Shown in pieces: positions 26,089 to 39,594 of a stretch of DNA of 64,000 bases (positions within the stretch are counted from its first letter, which is position 1; the number at the start of each line of letters is the position of its first letter). The position numbers were made by a program, and so were the translations under genes. This DNA comes from Ginglymostoma cirratum (lineage: Eukaryota). A model generated the notes under the pieces. It was not told the origin of the DNA and did no database searches. It saw only the letters and a program-made list of their open reading frames with translations. The DNA lies in assembly GCA_024137785.1 (NCBI GenBank), contig JAHRHZ010000031.1, positions 8,307,582 to 8,371,581 on the forward strand, written 5' to 3'.

Positions 26089-26658
26089 TCAGATGTAGTG
26101 TGGGGGAAAACCTCCAGGAATACATCCAAGAATAGTTAGTAACTCTCGTGTAATGATATGTCATCAGTCCTGGCAAGTCAAATCCCACTACTATCTTGTA
26201 AGTGGTATTTCATCTCTTCCCTGCAGTGAGAGAACGAAATAAGCTGAATGCACTTTGCTTTTGCACAGTTCCTGAGCACCTGTGGGATGGTCACTTTATC
26301 CTCCTAGATAAAGAGGGAAGAGTTTGGCAGAATATTCCAAAAGTTACAGGGAATAAATAACACTTAAAGTAATGTAAAATATTTCCTGTTGAAAACAAGA
26401 GTAAAAACTCTGTGGTACACTGTTCATCTTCCTTCACTTCAGGTAGTTAGAGGCAAAAGAAAAGGGATCAGCTATTTCATCTCAAGGAGAGGTCTGAGCA
26501 AAAATATGGATTTGTTTAAAAGAAAGTCTCAACACCTTGACAAAGTGATTCCCACTCGTAAGGCAAAATAAGGTTTTATTTCTTGACTGATAGTACAACA
26601 TACAGGGTTCACATTTACAATAGAGGAAATGGTGGAAATATATAACAAAATGATCAAA

Positions 26659-27275
26659 GAGAAAACAAGGTGTAGAGCTGGATGAACACAGCAGGCCAAG
26701 CAGCATCAGAGGAGCAGGAAGGCTGACGTTTCGGGCCTGNNNNNNNNNNNNNNNNNNNNNNNNNNNNNNNNNNNNNNNNNNNNNNNNNNNNNNNNNNNNN
26801 NNNNNNNNNNNNNNNNNNNNNNNNNNNNNNNNNNNNNNNNNNNNNNNNNNNNNNNNNNNNNNNNNNNNNNNNNNNNNNNNNNNNNNNNNNNNNNNNNNNN
26901 NNNNNNNNNNNNNNNNNNNNNNNNNNNNNNNNNNNNNNNNNNNNNNNNNNNNNNNNNNNNNNNNNNNNNNNNNNNNNNNNNNNNNNNNNNNNNNNNNNNN
27001 NNNNNNNNNNNNNNNNNNNNNNNNNNNNNNNNNNNNNNNNNNNNNNNNNNNNNNNNNNNNNNNNNNNNNNNNNNNNNNNNNNNNNNNNNNNNNNNNNNNN
27101 NNNNNNNNNNNNNNNNNNNNNNNNNNNNNNNNNNNNNNNTCCCCCATTTCTGAAGAAGGATCTAGGCCCAAAACGTCAGCCTTCCTCTCCTCTGATGCTG
27201 CTTGGCCTGCTGTGTTCATCCAGCTCAACACCATGTTATCTCAGATTCTCCAGCATCTCCAATTCTTGCTATCTC
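26659..27275. mobile_element. Penelope-like fold-back palindrome (family A) spanning an assembly gap
   Basis: Left arm 26659-26739 is the reverse complement of about 27164-27242. A 33-nt tail runs 27243-27275. Degenerate TSD tgatcaaa (26651) and taatcgaa (27276). Confidence 0.85.
26740..27139. other. Assembly gap, 400 N
   Basis: Run of N. Confidence 1.
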
Positions 27276-28974
27276 TAATCGAAGAGAAAGACAGGTTCAT
27301 GTTTCAGATTAGACATTTCGTCAGATTGACTGGTTGTGTGGTTCCAACGTTTTTCGTTCTTCGTTCTGAATTCCAGCATTCGCTGTGTGGAGGTTTTGTG
27401 TCTATTCAGCAGACAGGCTGGCTTCTACACCTCCCCCATTTAGGAAAAGGAAAGACAGATATCAGCACGTGTCTGAGATGTTTGGCCTGGACAGCAATAA
27501 GATGGATGTGAGTTGTTTCTTCTCACACGTTGAGGCCTATTTATCTAATCCCAGTGAGCATTTCAGATCACTGAGATAGAACAGTTAGCTACATGCTTTG
27601 TGACCCCGCTCAGGTAGGTTACAAACTCGCCCAATAGTGAAGAGCATAACATTAGTCATCAAATGTTGTCAGAAATGCTGTGAAGTGACAAGGATTCTCT
27701 ACAATTTAGAACTCATTCAGTTCAGTCACCACTGATACTATCAGTAATTCTGGGTTTTAAACAAGTTTATTATCTGCAGTTCTGATCTTCAACCAGCTAA
27801 CCTGCTTTAGCAGCTGGAAGAAATCTTTAATTGTCAGGGACAGATAAATATCAAAGTAATTTTCAGAAAAAAAACATTTATTTTCCTCTTAAATTGAAGC
27901 ATTTGACAAAGATAAGCCTACTCAAAACACCCATCAGCCCAAGCACACAAAGAAAAATGTCCAACCTAGTCCATACTTTCCTCACTACATCCAGACCATG
28001 ATTACAGGAAGGACAGAAAAATCTGGTGGCAGATCTAATGTGCCACTGAATTAAAGGTCTTCAAAATGGTCTTTCGGGAAATCAGAATCAATAAAGTTCA
28101 GCTCAAAAACTCCTGCTGAATAATGTTGAATTTTCTACAGAGGTTCATTATCAAACCCCATACATGAAACATCATTTCTTGGATCAATGCAACTTAATAA
28201 CAAGTAGGTGAATACAGTGAGTACCCACAATGACACTATTGCACAGTAGTATTGCAGCTACCAGTCTAATATCAGTAACACTTGGAACATTAATGTGAGC
28301 AGACAGCATCAAGCTCGACTGACCCATTCACACAACTTTGTTCTCTAGCCTCTGACAGCAAATGAGATTTCTAATAGGCAGATCGATTGGCACTTTTCTC
28401 ACATCAGGCAGGTTCAGCATTCCAGCAGAACGTTTTTCAAACTTACGGTTTGAAACATTAAGTTTGTTGCATCAGATACAATTCTGTTGCTTGTGTTTAA
28501 TATAAAGCCAAGCGGCACATTGTTTATTTTTCAAAGTTGCTTCAGACTGAGGGCAAAAGGCCAACTGGCACTGATTCAACAGCGTTCAGAAGACTCATCT
28601 CATATCTCAGTGCAAAATATTTTCATATCCAGTCAACTGCTGCTAGACTTTATTTCATATCACTTTACTCATGAAACAGTAAAATTGGAAAGAATGCAAT
28701 GCCTGTAACAGACTTAGATCCCTTCCCTACATTTTACTCTTCACAGATTGATTATAAAGCCAGTTACTTGATTTATCATTTAATATTTGAGCAGGGTATT
28801 TATTTTTAATACCTCATCCGAGCTTCCCAAATCCTGTCACATCTGCTTGGTATATAGAAATGAGCTCACTAGTTCTGCGTAACTATCGAAAAATACCCGC
28901 ACTTGAATGTCCAATCTGGGCTGGCTATCATATCATTGTTATATCATTGTGATATACTTATATTACTATAACTA

Positions 28975-30420
28975 CCAAGTGCATTTATGTAGCACCCATA
29001 ACTTACAAAACCTCTGAAAGCACATAGGAGCTATGAAACAAGATTTGATCACAGAACACATACTGAGATAATAGGTCAAATAATCAAAAGCTTGATTGAA
29101 GAAGTAGCTTTTAAAGAGTGTCTTAAAGGAAGAAAGGGAGGAGCAAGTGTATACTGCTTTAGGAAGGAAATTCCAGAGCTTTGGACCATAGGAGTTGAAT
29201 GTACAGCTACAAATGGTGGAACAATTAAAACTGGGCATGCTAAACTCACCAGAACTACAGCATGCAGATATCAGAGGGTGCTGGAGTCGACACAGCCACA
29301 GAAGGATTTGAAAGCAAGCATGAGATTTTTAAATTCAAGGATTTGCTTAATCAGGAGTCAAGAAACGATGGCCATGCAGAAAGGTGATAGGCAACTGGGA
29401 AATTGTGCAATACAGGGAACACAATTTTGGAGATTTCCAGTTGCAGGAAGTTAGTCTCATATACATTGGTGCAATCATGTCCAAAGATAGCAAAGGAATG
29501 GATAGGAGTTTCAGCAGCAGTTGAACTGAGGCAAAGACAATGTCAAACAATGTTATGATGTCTTCCGTCCCAAATTCAGGACCAGAGATTCCTGGCACCC
29601 ACCATCTTGAAAGCACAGCCATGCACCAGGCCAAGTGCTCCAAGTCCACAGTGATGCCAGTGTCCATATCATTGGGTGGCTGTGAAAATGCAGTCCACAG
29701 AGTCTTAAACTGATGCTCTGATGGCATCACTTTAATTCTGACCATAACAGTTTGTGGAAGTTAAATTCAATTAATGGATCTGGAATATAAAGTTGCCCTC
29801 ACTAAAAGTAACCATGACAACCACCATCAATTATTGTCAAAAGAAATGTGGTTCATTACTGCCCTTCAGTGAAGGAAATCTGCCACCTTTCCCTGGTCTG
29901 GCCTATATGGAAGTCCTGACCGAAGGCAACCTAGTTGACTCTTAGCTGTCCCCTGAGATGGTCTAGCAAGCCACACAGTTCATGGGCAATTATGGATGGG
30001 TACTAAATGCCAGCCTTACCAATGATGCCCATAACTCTCGAATGAACAAACAAAAAAGGTGGAAATAGCTGATCTTGTCAAAATACGAGGTCAGAAGTTC
30101 AGCTCACGGTTAAACTTGGCATGAAGATTACAAAGAGACTGGTGCAACCTCAGACAATAGCAGTGAGATGAATGGAGTTATTAATTTGGAAATGGATTTG
30201 CAGCTTGATTGATGATTTAGATGTAACACAGGGAATCAAGGGAGAAGATGGTGAGACAGGGGTGCCTGTGGTAAGCGTGTACGTGGAAACAGACACTTAG
30301 CTTTCAAAATGATGCCAGTGTCAGACAGCAGGGAGATGAGAATTAGGAGGCGGTCAAGGATGGATCCTCGGCAGATACCGGGGATCACTGTGAAGAAGTG
30401 AAAAAAAAGCATTTCCAATG
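28975..30420 (-). mobile_element. L2-type LINE 3' portion interrupted by a SINE
   Basis: ORF 28972-29238 GPKLWNFLPK...SLSSFKTLFKSYFFNQAF is an L2 C-terminus. The 3' end is gcatttatgtagcac. Decayed RT remnants continue to about 30420. Confidence 0.75.
29650..30057 (+). mobile_element. Short SINE sharing its body with 3250-3480 and its tail with the LINE 3' end
   Basis: gaaggaaatctgcc...ggtctggcctatatg...gttgactctt...ctagcaagccac joins directly to gggcaattatggatggg...aaatgc. Confidence 0.75.
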
Positions 30421-31619
30421 TGTCTCAGTTTATGACTGAAAAGAAATTGGAGTTATGTAAGAGAGGTGAGGGCTTCTTGCATTTGTTGATAGAGTTGGGG
30501 CTGGAGGGGATGGGAAAGGTTGTTCAAGTAGGTAGTTTTTCATAAAGAAATGAAGTTGGAGATTATTTTTTCAGTTCAGGATAACTTTGGAATAGTGACT
30601 GATTTTGACAGATGAGAATGAGGCCTGAGCAAACTGTTACATTATCCAGCTGAATCTGATGCTGAATGGCTAATTGGTCACTAGATCCATTCAAATCCCC
30701 GTCTCTCAGACCTTAAGGGAAAGAGAATAACGTTTTTAATAGGGTAGTCAGCCAGGGTCTGAGCAAGTTATAGTTTTAATAGGATCATAAGCAATTAAAA
30801 GGAACAAATCAGGGTATGCTTGATCAGATTGATAGGGTGAATGAATGGCATAGAGGTTTTGATTTTGAAATTGCAGTTGTAAGTAGTAGAGTTTCTCCTA
30901 GGGAAGGGCACAAAAGGCAGAATGGTTGCTGGGTGGAAGTGGATGAGTTTGAAGAGACAAAGAAGTAATAAAGAAACAGTTAAATGTGTCATTGACAAAA
31001 TGTAATTCACATTAATATTTTACTACTCTTCATAATTTCAGCAATAATAAAATCACCTTATGTCTACCAAAAACGTATTTAAAAACTTTTTTTGTTTTGC
31101 ATTGCTACTATTATTTTGGTGGAAGTGATAAAAATCCAAAGGCATGCAATAATCAACTTGAATTTATACAGTGTGTAATGCATGCTTCAGGGAATTGACC
31201 CAAAGCAGGGTTAAATCAAGTTCTCTGTCTAGAATTACACTGCAGCTCCAGCACTGCCACAAAGTAAAATTGTTTCATTCATAAGGGTTGCCAAATGAAA
31301 TACACGACAATTATGCCTCAAACCTCTCTTTGAATTTCCTCCAGTAAAATGAACCACCCTCTAGTTAGTTTGAAGTAAGATCAAACAAGAAGATTCAATA
31401 GAGAGGGAGAAAAGCGTGCAGCTTTATTTGTGATAATGGTCTTACTCACAAATTAACTTCAGCTCAGAATGAAATGATGATCAATGCTGAACTATTACCT
31501 TATAAGATCCAATTCATAAAATGTAATATTTCCAATCACTGTACTCATTTGAGCAAACAACTGTCATGGGTTTAGAAGTCTAGCCCCTTGTCAGAGCAGT
31601 CACCTTTGAAGCATCTGCA

Positions 31620-31990
31620 AAATATTTCAAAATCTAGTTCTTAACCTCATTTTCAAAATCCTGCACAGCTTCACCTTTCCTATCCATAATGTTCTTTAGC
31701 CCTCTCGATCTCCAAGAAATTTTTCTCCTACAAATGGACTACTCAGCATTTCTGATTTTTCTCATTGGTGGGTGTGCCTTGACATTCCCAACGCATGAGT
31801 TCTGGAACTCCCTCTCCTAACCATCTTGACTAATTGTTCTTCCTTTCAGACTTTGGTTAAAATTTACCACTTCAGCCGAAGTGTTTGGTAACCTGGCCTT
31901 CTCTCTCTTTAGAATTGGTGGCAATTTTTGTCAAATTATACTCCTGTGAAGAAGCCTGGGCAACTTACAATACAGAAGATGTTAAATAAC
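31620..31990 (+). mobile_element. L2-type 3' end remnant
   Basis: cctcattttcaaaatcctgcacagc...ttctggaactccctc (WNSL motif)...ctcctgtgaag. Confidence 0.55.
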
Positions 31991-32149
31991 TGTCTTTTGT
32001 TGTTACACTGAGCTCACTTTTTCAGCCTTGACATGAACAGAGCAACCACAGGAAGCTTTCAGTTAGTGGTACATAAGCCTCCTCATGCAATGACATCTAT
32101 CAAGTTTAACCTCAAGAAGAAAAATTCAAATTGGCTAGAATTGGCAACA

Positions 32150-32640
32150 AAGCAATTTCTGTATCAAAAGCAGACAACTACAAGAACAGATATCTCAGGG
32201 GAACATGTCTGGAAGAGATTAAAGAGAAAGAGAGGGCTGAAGCCAAGGAGGGTTTGAAAAGAAGAAAGAGAATTTTAATATCAAGACTTTGTTTGACCGG
32301 CAGCCAATGTAAATTAACAAGCACGGGGCCGATTGGTGATTAGGACTCGTGACAAGATAAAGGCACGAGCAGCAGGCATTTGGATAACATCAGATTTCTG
32401 AAGGGTAGAAAATGGGAAACTGTTCAGGAGTGGTTTTGAATGGTCAAATCTGGAGTTAGCGCAAACATGAAGGGAGGCTTTAGCAGCAGATGAAGAAGCT
32501 GCAGAGTTGAACGGTGTTAAGTAGATGTCAATCTGCAATCTTAGTGATGGCATGGATGCGTAGTCAGAAGCTCATATTGGGATCAAATATGCAAGCAGCT
32601 TGTCTCAGCTTTTGACAGTTACTTGAGAGAGAGAGAGAGA
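32150..32640 (-). mobile_element. L2-type LINE remnant
   Basis: ORF 32314-32553 ...LHVCANSRFDHSKPLL, a decayed HAFVTSRLDYSNALL motif. Confidence 0.65.
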
Positions 32641-32779
32641 GTACTGTAGTTTCACTTCTGTGGTGGGTAGTTCAAGTTGTGAAATTTCTAAACTCAGCAC
32701 ACTTGCCTCAGCCCTTCCAATTCAATTTCCTTGGAAGTAGATAAGAGGCAAATCACATTGTAGGATTAGACAGGCTGTT

Positions 32780-33616
32780 AAAAGGCCAGTTCAATTTTCT
32801 GTGACTTTTCCCCAGTTGTTTGCTTACATGTTAGGCATTGTAATCCTGACTCCTCACATGCCATCAATGCACCTCATCCCATGCCACCTCCATACCCCTC
32901 ATACCTTCCATGCCAAATTATGTTCCTCACTTACCCCAAATGGCCCCTTGTGCCCTCTGTGATTTCTCATTTTCATGCACATTCATCCAGAGTGCATTCA
33001 ATACAGAACCATCAAACACTTGAATAACGATGATAAGTGTGAAACCATTGAAAAACACACACACAATTTTCCTGAAAAAAAATACTGCTGTTGTTACAAC
33101 CCCATAAATGTGACAATCAAATAAAACTCTGAAGTATCAACATGTGATGTGCTTTGCCTTGTGCAAATAGTCAATGAACCATTGTCAACGCACATCACTG
33201 AAAAAAATAGCTATTCCAACATCATAAAACTGGCAGGCAAACAAAATCTCCACTTCTCCATCTGTCAACAAAGTTAATCCTGTTTTGGGAGTCTGGACTC
33301 TCAGCCCACAAACATAATGATGGAAACCTACTGCTGTGTACCATTAAAATCTCGAGACTTCTTGCAAAAGGCTTCCACTTACTCCAGTCACAGTCTAAGG
33401 TTGACTTTGATTGATATTTGCCATTGTGTAAAACTATGCTGACAATGCTTGATTTCCCACAAAAAAAGGAGAGCGGATTGTTGGGTAACTGATCACAAAA
33501 CAGAAGAACAGATTGTACTCCTGATCCAAAGAAAAACATGGGTCTACAGATTCAATCTTAACAAACCTGAGCCCCTCACCGTCAAAGCCAACATGTAGGT
33601 CTCAAGATTAAACTCC
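32780..33616. mobile_element. Probable non-autonomous DNA transposon with a degenerate ccatgcc/ccctc tandem tract
   Basis: Degenerate repeats at 32850-32960. Loose terminal inverted similarity between gttcaatttt and aagattaaac. Confidence 0.3.
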
Positions 33617-34369
33617 ATTCAACGCAAATGCAAGGGCATATATATCTTCAGCAACACCACGGTGCTTTCAATGAAGCTCAGTAATATTTTGCCCAGCCAT
33701 TTGAACTGAGCGCCAATGGACAAAGCCCCTTGGTGAAAAACCCCTCGGTGAAAAAAACAAATGAATGTTTCAGCTGCTTAATCGAGATCCAACAAAAAAA
33801 TGGCAGGGAAAATGTATTTAGGATTTTCAAGAATAGTGCCAAAATTTGATGAATATTTAAAATTGCCATGGGGATTTCAAAATGAAAAAGAACAGTCTGC
33901 ATTAATATTGCAAGCCTTAACATTTACTCACCACAAACCTTTCTACTCTGAACTCAGTCACACCATTAGGTTGACAAGCAGCAAGGCATAAAAAGTACAC
34001 CAGTTTTCTGTGTCCCTACAGCCCTGAGGCTGCAAATTGTTGAAAGAAATCAAAGCCAAATCTTGTGTAGTGTTCAGTAACTGAAAATGAGTGGGATAAT
34101 TTGTCAAAGACATCCTATTAAGTCTCCAACACAATCGAAGTTAGTCCCTAACCTTAATGTAAATTGTCAAGTATTACTGCAGCATAATAACTGATCATTT
34201 GGAGCAACCAGTCCATGTGGTTTTCCCATGTATATATACTGTTATACACCCACCAGCTACTTCTCACTGTTCTTCAACCAACTCCTTCAAACGATACTTC
34301 CAGTTCTTTCTCGTTCATATGTTCACCAAGATTCCTCTATGCTCATCTACGCTCATCCCTTCATCCCTA

Positions 34370-34705
34370 GGGTAGCACAGTGGCTCAGTGGTTAGCACTG
34401 CTGCTTCAAAGTGCCAGACAGACCTGGGTTCAGTTCCAGCATTGAGTGACTGTGTGGAGTTTGAACATTCTTCCTGCATCTGAGTGGGTTTCTTTTGGGT
34501 GCTCTGGTTTCTTCCCAGTCTAAAGATGCGCAGTTTAGGTGGATTGGCCATGCTAAATTGCCCATAGTTTGCAGAGTAGGTGGGTTAGCTGTGGGAAATG
34601 CAATGTTGTAGGGGTGTGGGTCTGGGTGGGATGCTTGTCAGAGTGTTGGTGTTGACTTGATGGGCTGAATGGCCTACTCCCACACTGTAGGGATTCTATG
34701 ATTCT
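34370..34705 (+). mobile_element. HE1-type V-SINE inside a decayed CR1 3' remnant
   Basis: gtggctcagtggttagcactgctgc head and cacactgtagggattctatg tail. Confidence 0.9.
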
Positions 34706-36246
34706 TGTGTTCCTTGCAGTAAAGGGTTCCACATTATAATCACTTTACAGAGATGGAGATTTCTGCTGAATTCCCCATTGAATTTATTAGTGACTGTCTT
34801 ACACTTTTGACCATTAGGTTTGGTATAACTTCAACTGGAAACTTCTCTACATCTACCCTGTCAAGTCTTTTCACAATCTTAAAGACATTGATCTAGCCAC
34901 CCCTCAGACTTCTCTTTGCCAGTTAAACCTCATTGCTGATAATCTTTTCTCTTCGACCTCAGGCGGTGATAAAACGGAACAGGGCAAAAAAGAAAAATAA
35001 AGATAATAAAGAAAAGGAAGAACAGAAAAGAATATAATTAGAGCAATGAAAGCAGCTTTAATTTGAGAGGAATAATTCCTTCAGTTTCTGAAATGATACT
35101 TCACATAAATTTATATTTAAAGTATTGAATATGGGTTCAACTCCATTTTTCATACTTAATATTCTGAGCTTGGCTGTCAGAATGTTTTTATTAACAGACT
35201 AAATGTTTTAAATTCCTTATTAAAAATATGTCCATTGCACCTTCCAGATGCACTGCATTGATAATCACAAATAGGATATAATGGCCAGGGCTATGCCTAG
35301 CTAAAGAATTAAACACTTCATAATAGTATTATGCTTTCTTACAAAATATTAACAATAATTATAAAACATTCAGATTTTTAGAAAATTAACTATATTGTAC
35401 TTACCTCTCTTAATAGTGAAAGCTTGATGTGAAGGCTTATTCCAACCAATTCAAACTCAGATACCATTCAGAAAAAGATCTTCACATCTTAAACATCAGC
35501 AATATAACTTGACAATCTTTACCTCCCTTAACAGGGGCTAAGGTTAAATCTAGTTTCCAATTCTAGTGAAAGTTTTCAAAGGCACTGATGCAGATCAAGA
35601 ACTAATGGTGGAATCTGCTGGCTCTGGAAGAGGCAAGGAGAATAGGGGTGAGGATATTAATTGGATAAGAGTCCAAAATTCACAATTTTGACAGTGGGAA
35701 AAGTTTTATTAATTAAGTTTTCTGACCTGAAAAAGCTGGTCGACCTTCTCCACACAGACATCAGGAATCTATCTGCATGTACTTACACCCTATTAAACCT
35801 GCTACACAATGGACTGCCTTGCCTTCAGCAAGCCCATATGAATGCTAGTTTGAAATTCACATGCTGTCACTTTGGCTTCGTTGTTCACATGCCATCACGC
35901 GGTGTGCTGCATGTTCCAACTACACCTTATTGAGTTCTTCATAAGGCAGACAATATTGAGATAGCTAAAAGGAGCCAAGATTAGGCCAGTACGATCTTAA
36001 GCATTCAGCATAGTTTTCTTGCATTACACTTTATTTTGTCAAAATCCTGGAGATCTTTCTTTTCCTTGACTCTATTATTCCAACAGTTGAGCACGTTCAA
36101 TGATTGTGCCTCCATTAATCTCCGGACAGGATAACTGCAAATGCTTGCCTCTCATCCCCCAGAAGAATTAAGTCCTTCAGATCTCGGAAGTGTATTCACT
36201 ACCTCTTAATCTGAAAATGTTTCACCAGGATACGGAGAGCCCAGTT

Positions 36247-36991
36247 TGGCAGGAAGCATAGAAAAAGGAGTACGTTATATAAATGGAGTGAGATTGCAGA
36301 GCACTGAGATTGAGAGGGAACTCAGTGTCCTCGTGCACAAATCAAAGAAGGTTAGTGTGCAGGTACATCAAGTAATCAGAAAAATGAACAAAATGTTTTT
36401 TTATTGTGAGTGGGAATGAATACAAAGATGAAGAGGTTTTGCTTCACTTATTCAGTGTATTGGTGAGACCACATCTGGTGTACTGTGTACTGTATTGGTC
36501 TCCCTATTTAAGGAAGAATGTAAATGCATTGTAGGAGCTCAGAGAAGAGTTATTAAAATAATATTTGAAATGGATGGGTTGTTGTGAGGAAAGTTTGGAC
36601 AAGTTAGATTTGTAACCGCTGGACTTCAGAAGAGTGCTTGTTTGAAACATACAAGACCCTGAGTGGGTCTTCACACAATTACAAAAGAAAGGAGGCTTCC
36701 TCTTGAGACAAAATCCAAAACCCAGGTCAGCGTTTAAAGGCAGAGATAACAAGACTTCCTTTTCAGAAAGGAACTCGAGTGCTGGAAATGTTATTGCTCA
36801 AAAGGCAGTGGAAACACTGTCTTGAATATTCTTCAAGCAGATGGAGGGAAATTCTTGGTGAGCAAACAGATGAAAGACAATCAGGATTAGGCAGGAATGT
36901 AGATCTGAGGTTACAATCTGTTGGAGCTATGATCTTGCTGAATGACAGACCAGGATAAAACAAGAAGTGTGGCATACCCCACTCCTAATTC
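36247..36991 (+). mobile_element. CR1 3' fragment
   Basis: ttggtgagaccacatctggtgtactgtgta (LVRPHL-YCV) and the CR1 3' UTR. Confidence 0.8.
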
Positions 36992-37469
36992 ACAGGTTTT
37001 AAGATCTTTCCTCCTTTCACCTTGCAGACCCCAGCACATTTCCTCCCTACACATATTGATTGTCTCTGTGTTCTCACCTGTGTAGCAAACCCTGACCACT
37101 TCTCTTCCTTCAGGAGTCACTGCCCTGAACTCACTGCACTGGTTATAATCCCCAATCAATAGGTTTATCCTTCCATCGTTAATAAGAACAGCGAAGCATG
37201 CAGATTGCTGATGATGATGGATAAAAGGTGTGCAATTGGAAGACCAGTATCATGTTCTGATGGGAAAGACACTTCAGCCAAGCATCAGAGCATCCACTGA
37301 CATCATGAGGCTACAGCAAATCTAAATGCAACACAAGCCAAGATATATTTGCAATAGTGCAAACGATATATTGAACAGACACCCTTGTTGATCATGTACC
37401 CTCAAAATCTCTTCTTCTTCCTTTGTCTCTCATTCCATTTAGGTGCTCGCCTGACATCCACAAATGAGG

Positions 37470-38063
37470 TTCTAACTGCAGCCTATTGGTGACTACGATG
37501 ACTCTATAAAACTCTGGTTAGACCACACTTGGAATATTGTGCTCAGTTCTGGTCACCTCATTACAGGAAAGATGTGGAAGCTTTACAGAGGGTGCAGAGG
37601 AGATTTACTAGGATGCTGCCTGGACTGGAGGACAGGTCTTATGAGGAAAGGTTGAGGGAGCTAGGACTTTTTTCATTGGAGTGAAAAAGGACGAGAGGTG
37701 ACTTGATAGAGGTTTACAAGATGATCAGAGGCATAGACAGAGTGGATAGAGAGAGACTTTTTCCCAGGGCGGAAATGACTATTACAAGGGGGCATAATTT
37801 TAAGGTGATTTGAGGATGCCATAGGGGAGATGTCAGAGGTAGGCTCTTCACACAGAGAATGGTGGGCGTGTGGAATGCGCTGCCAGCGGTGGTAGTGGAC
37901 TCAGATACTGTAGAGACTTTTAAATGACTCTTGGATAGGCACATGGAGGATAGTAAAATGTGGGGTATACAGGGTAGATTGACCTTAGGATAATAGGTTG
38001 CCACAACAGTGTGGGCCGAAGGGCCTGTACTGTGTTGTACTGTTCTGTGTTCTGTGTTCTATG
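37470..38063 (+). mobile_element. CR1 (HER1-like) 3' fragment
   Basis: ctctataaaactctggttagaccacacttggaatattgt encodes [13 protein letters not shown]. (TGTTCTG/A)n tail at 38041-38063. Confidence 0.95.
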
Positions 38064-39164
38064 ACCTTGGCGGGCATCCTCAGGGCTTGAGCCTAGACGG
38101 TCCCTTAAGCTGAGGGTGTTCCTGCACATGTGCACCTTCCTTGAATGATCTTCTGGAGATCACTGGCAGAGGGAACATGGAGAGGCAGGCACTTCTGGAG
38201 TGCCTCTTCTCTGTTGGTGCCCGATGGCAATTTTCTACCTCATTTGAGGAGAAGGAGCACCTGGAGGGAGGTCAAACCACATCAATCCTTGCTTTCCTTA
38301 CTATTGATGCACTGCCTCCATAGCTAAAACAATGGATTACATGGTCAAGAACATAGCCAGCAGCATCTGAGTGTCCTGCTGAATCTGGGTCTATAAGGCA
38401 GCTGCCAGCCTTTCCATGGAAGCAGCCAAGCACTCACGTGCCAGGGTCTCAACAGTGGACAGCACTTGAATAGAGACCTTGGTACTCTAGTCCCACATCA
38501 ATGTGGCTGACAACAACCCTGAGGGCAATTAGGGCCAGTCAATAAATACTGGCCCAGCCCTTGATGCCCATATCCAGTGTACAAATAAAAATAAAGCCTA
38601 TACCCTAGTTGACTGAGTGCCTCTGACACTGCTGCTTGATGCTCCCCACCTGTCTTCCATATTGAACATAGCAAACAAAAAGTTATCGTTTGTTGGGTCT
38701 GAGCAGGATCCTTTTCTCCAGGAGTCCTCAGGCAGCCAGAGACCGTGAACATTGATTCGTCTGTGGGCTGTGGATCCAGGACCCAATGTGCTGACCAGAT
38801 TGTGACCACAACCTTAATCTAGATAGTGGGGCCACCAAGGTGAATGTTTCTGTGCTGCTGGAGGAGGCAGGGTCAGGGGTGCATCAACCTCAGCAGGTGG
38901 GCTGGAAGCTGAGATGGAGCTGTCTTCAGTGCAGAAGCACTTCCTCAGCACATACACTATGCCAGGTCATGTGCTGTCCCTACGAAATGATGAGGAATGC
39001 ATTATCTAAGCATTGGTAGAATATTGATAGCACAAAGTGGCTGGCACCCATTCAGTGCTCATATTCTATCTGATATTAAAGCTGGCACCGTTTGAATGAG
39101 GAATGGACCTGTGAGATCAGTGCGCAGTGGGTAGACAAGGTCACTTAAAGCCCTTATAGAATGT

Positions 39165-39370
39165 GGGTAATCACGAATCTTTTTTCTGCTTGAGATGCTG
39201 TTTCTATCACAAGGCCCAAAGTTAATAATCTTCACTGCTACCTTAGTCCACAATGTTTTGGTCAGACAAGAAGGCTGTCATCCCTGACCAAGAGAACTTT
39301 TTACCTTTCCTAACCTGGGGCAGAACCTCAAGCAAGGTCTTGTTGAATAACACAGTGAGTTTCTGTTTGC
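39165..39370 (-). pseudogene. Myb/SANT-like (trihelix) ORF remnant of a PIF/Harbinger transposon; the element probably spans about 35600-40086
   Basis: KLTVLFNKTLLEVL...(frameshift)...TKTLWTKVAVKI...RNSISSRKKIRDY resembles the Harbinger Myb pattern (F...LE.L...W..IA..V...R....RK..DL). Candidate TIR aagattctgacc ends at 40086. Confidence 0.55.
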
Positions 39371-39594
39371 TGTATGACCTCTTCAAGGGAGGACGAATGC
39401 AACTAACACAGGCTGAATGATCCTCCAGGCTTGGAATGACAGAATGTCTGTCTGACTGGTCATTATGTAAGGCACCTGGACCTTTTATCTCAGAAGTTCC
39501 TGCAGGTAGTGAGATCTTCTCGCCTTCTCTTGCGCCTTCAGATTTGTCCCTATGTTTGTGCAAATACAGGCATGTATTCATAATGAGCTGAAAA

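Noticed and set aside
26482-27234. 250-aa ORF, the longest in the track
   Set aside because: Artefact of reading through 400 N between repeat arms.
32625-32641. Short (GA)n tract; also (TC)n near 52607-52620
   Set aside because: Ordinary short microsatellites.
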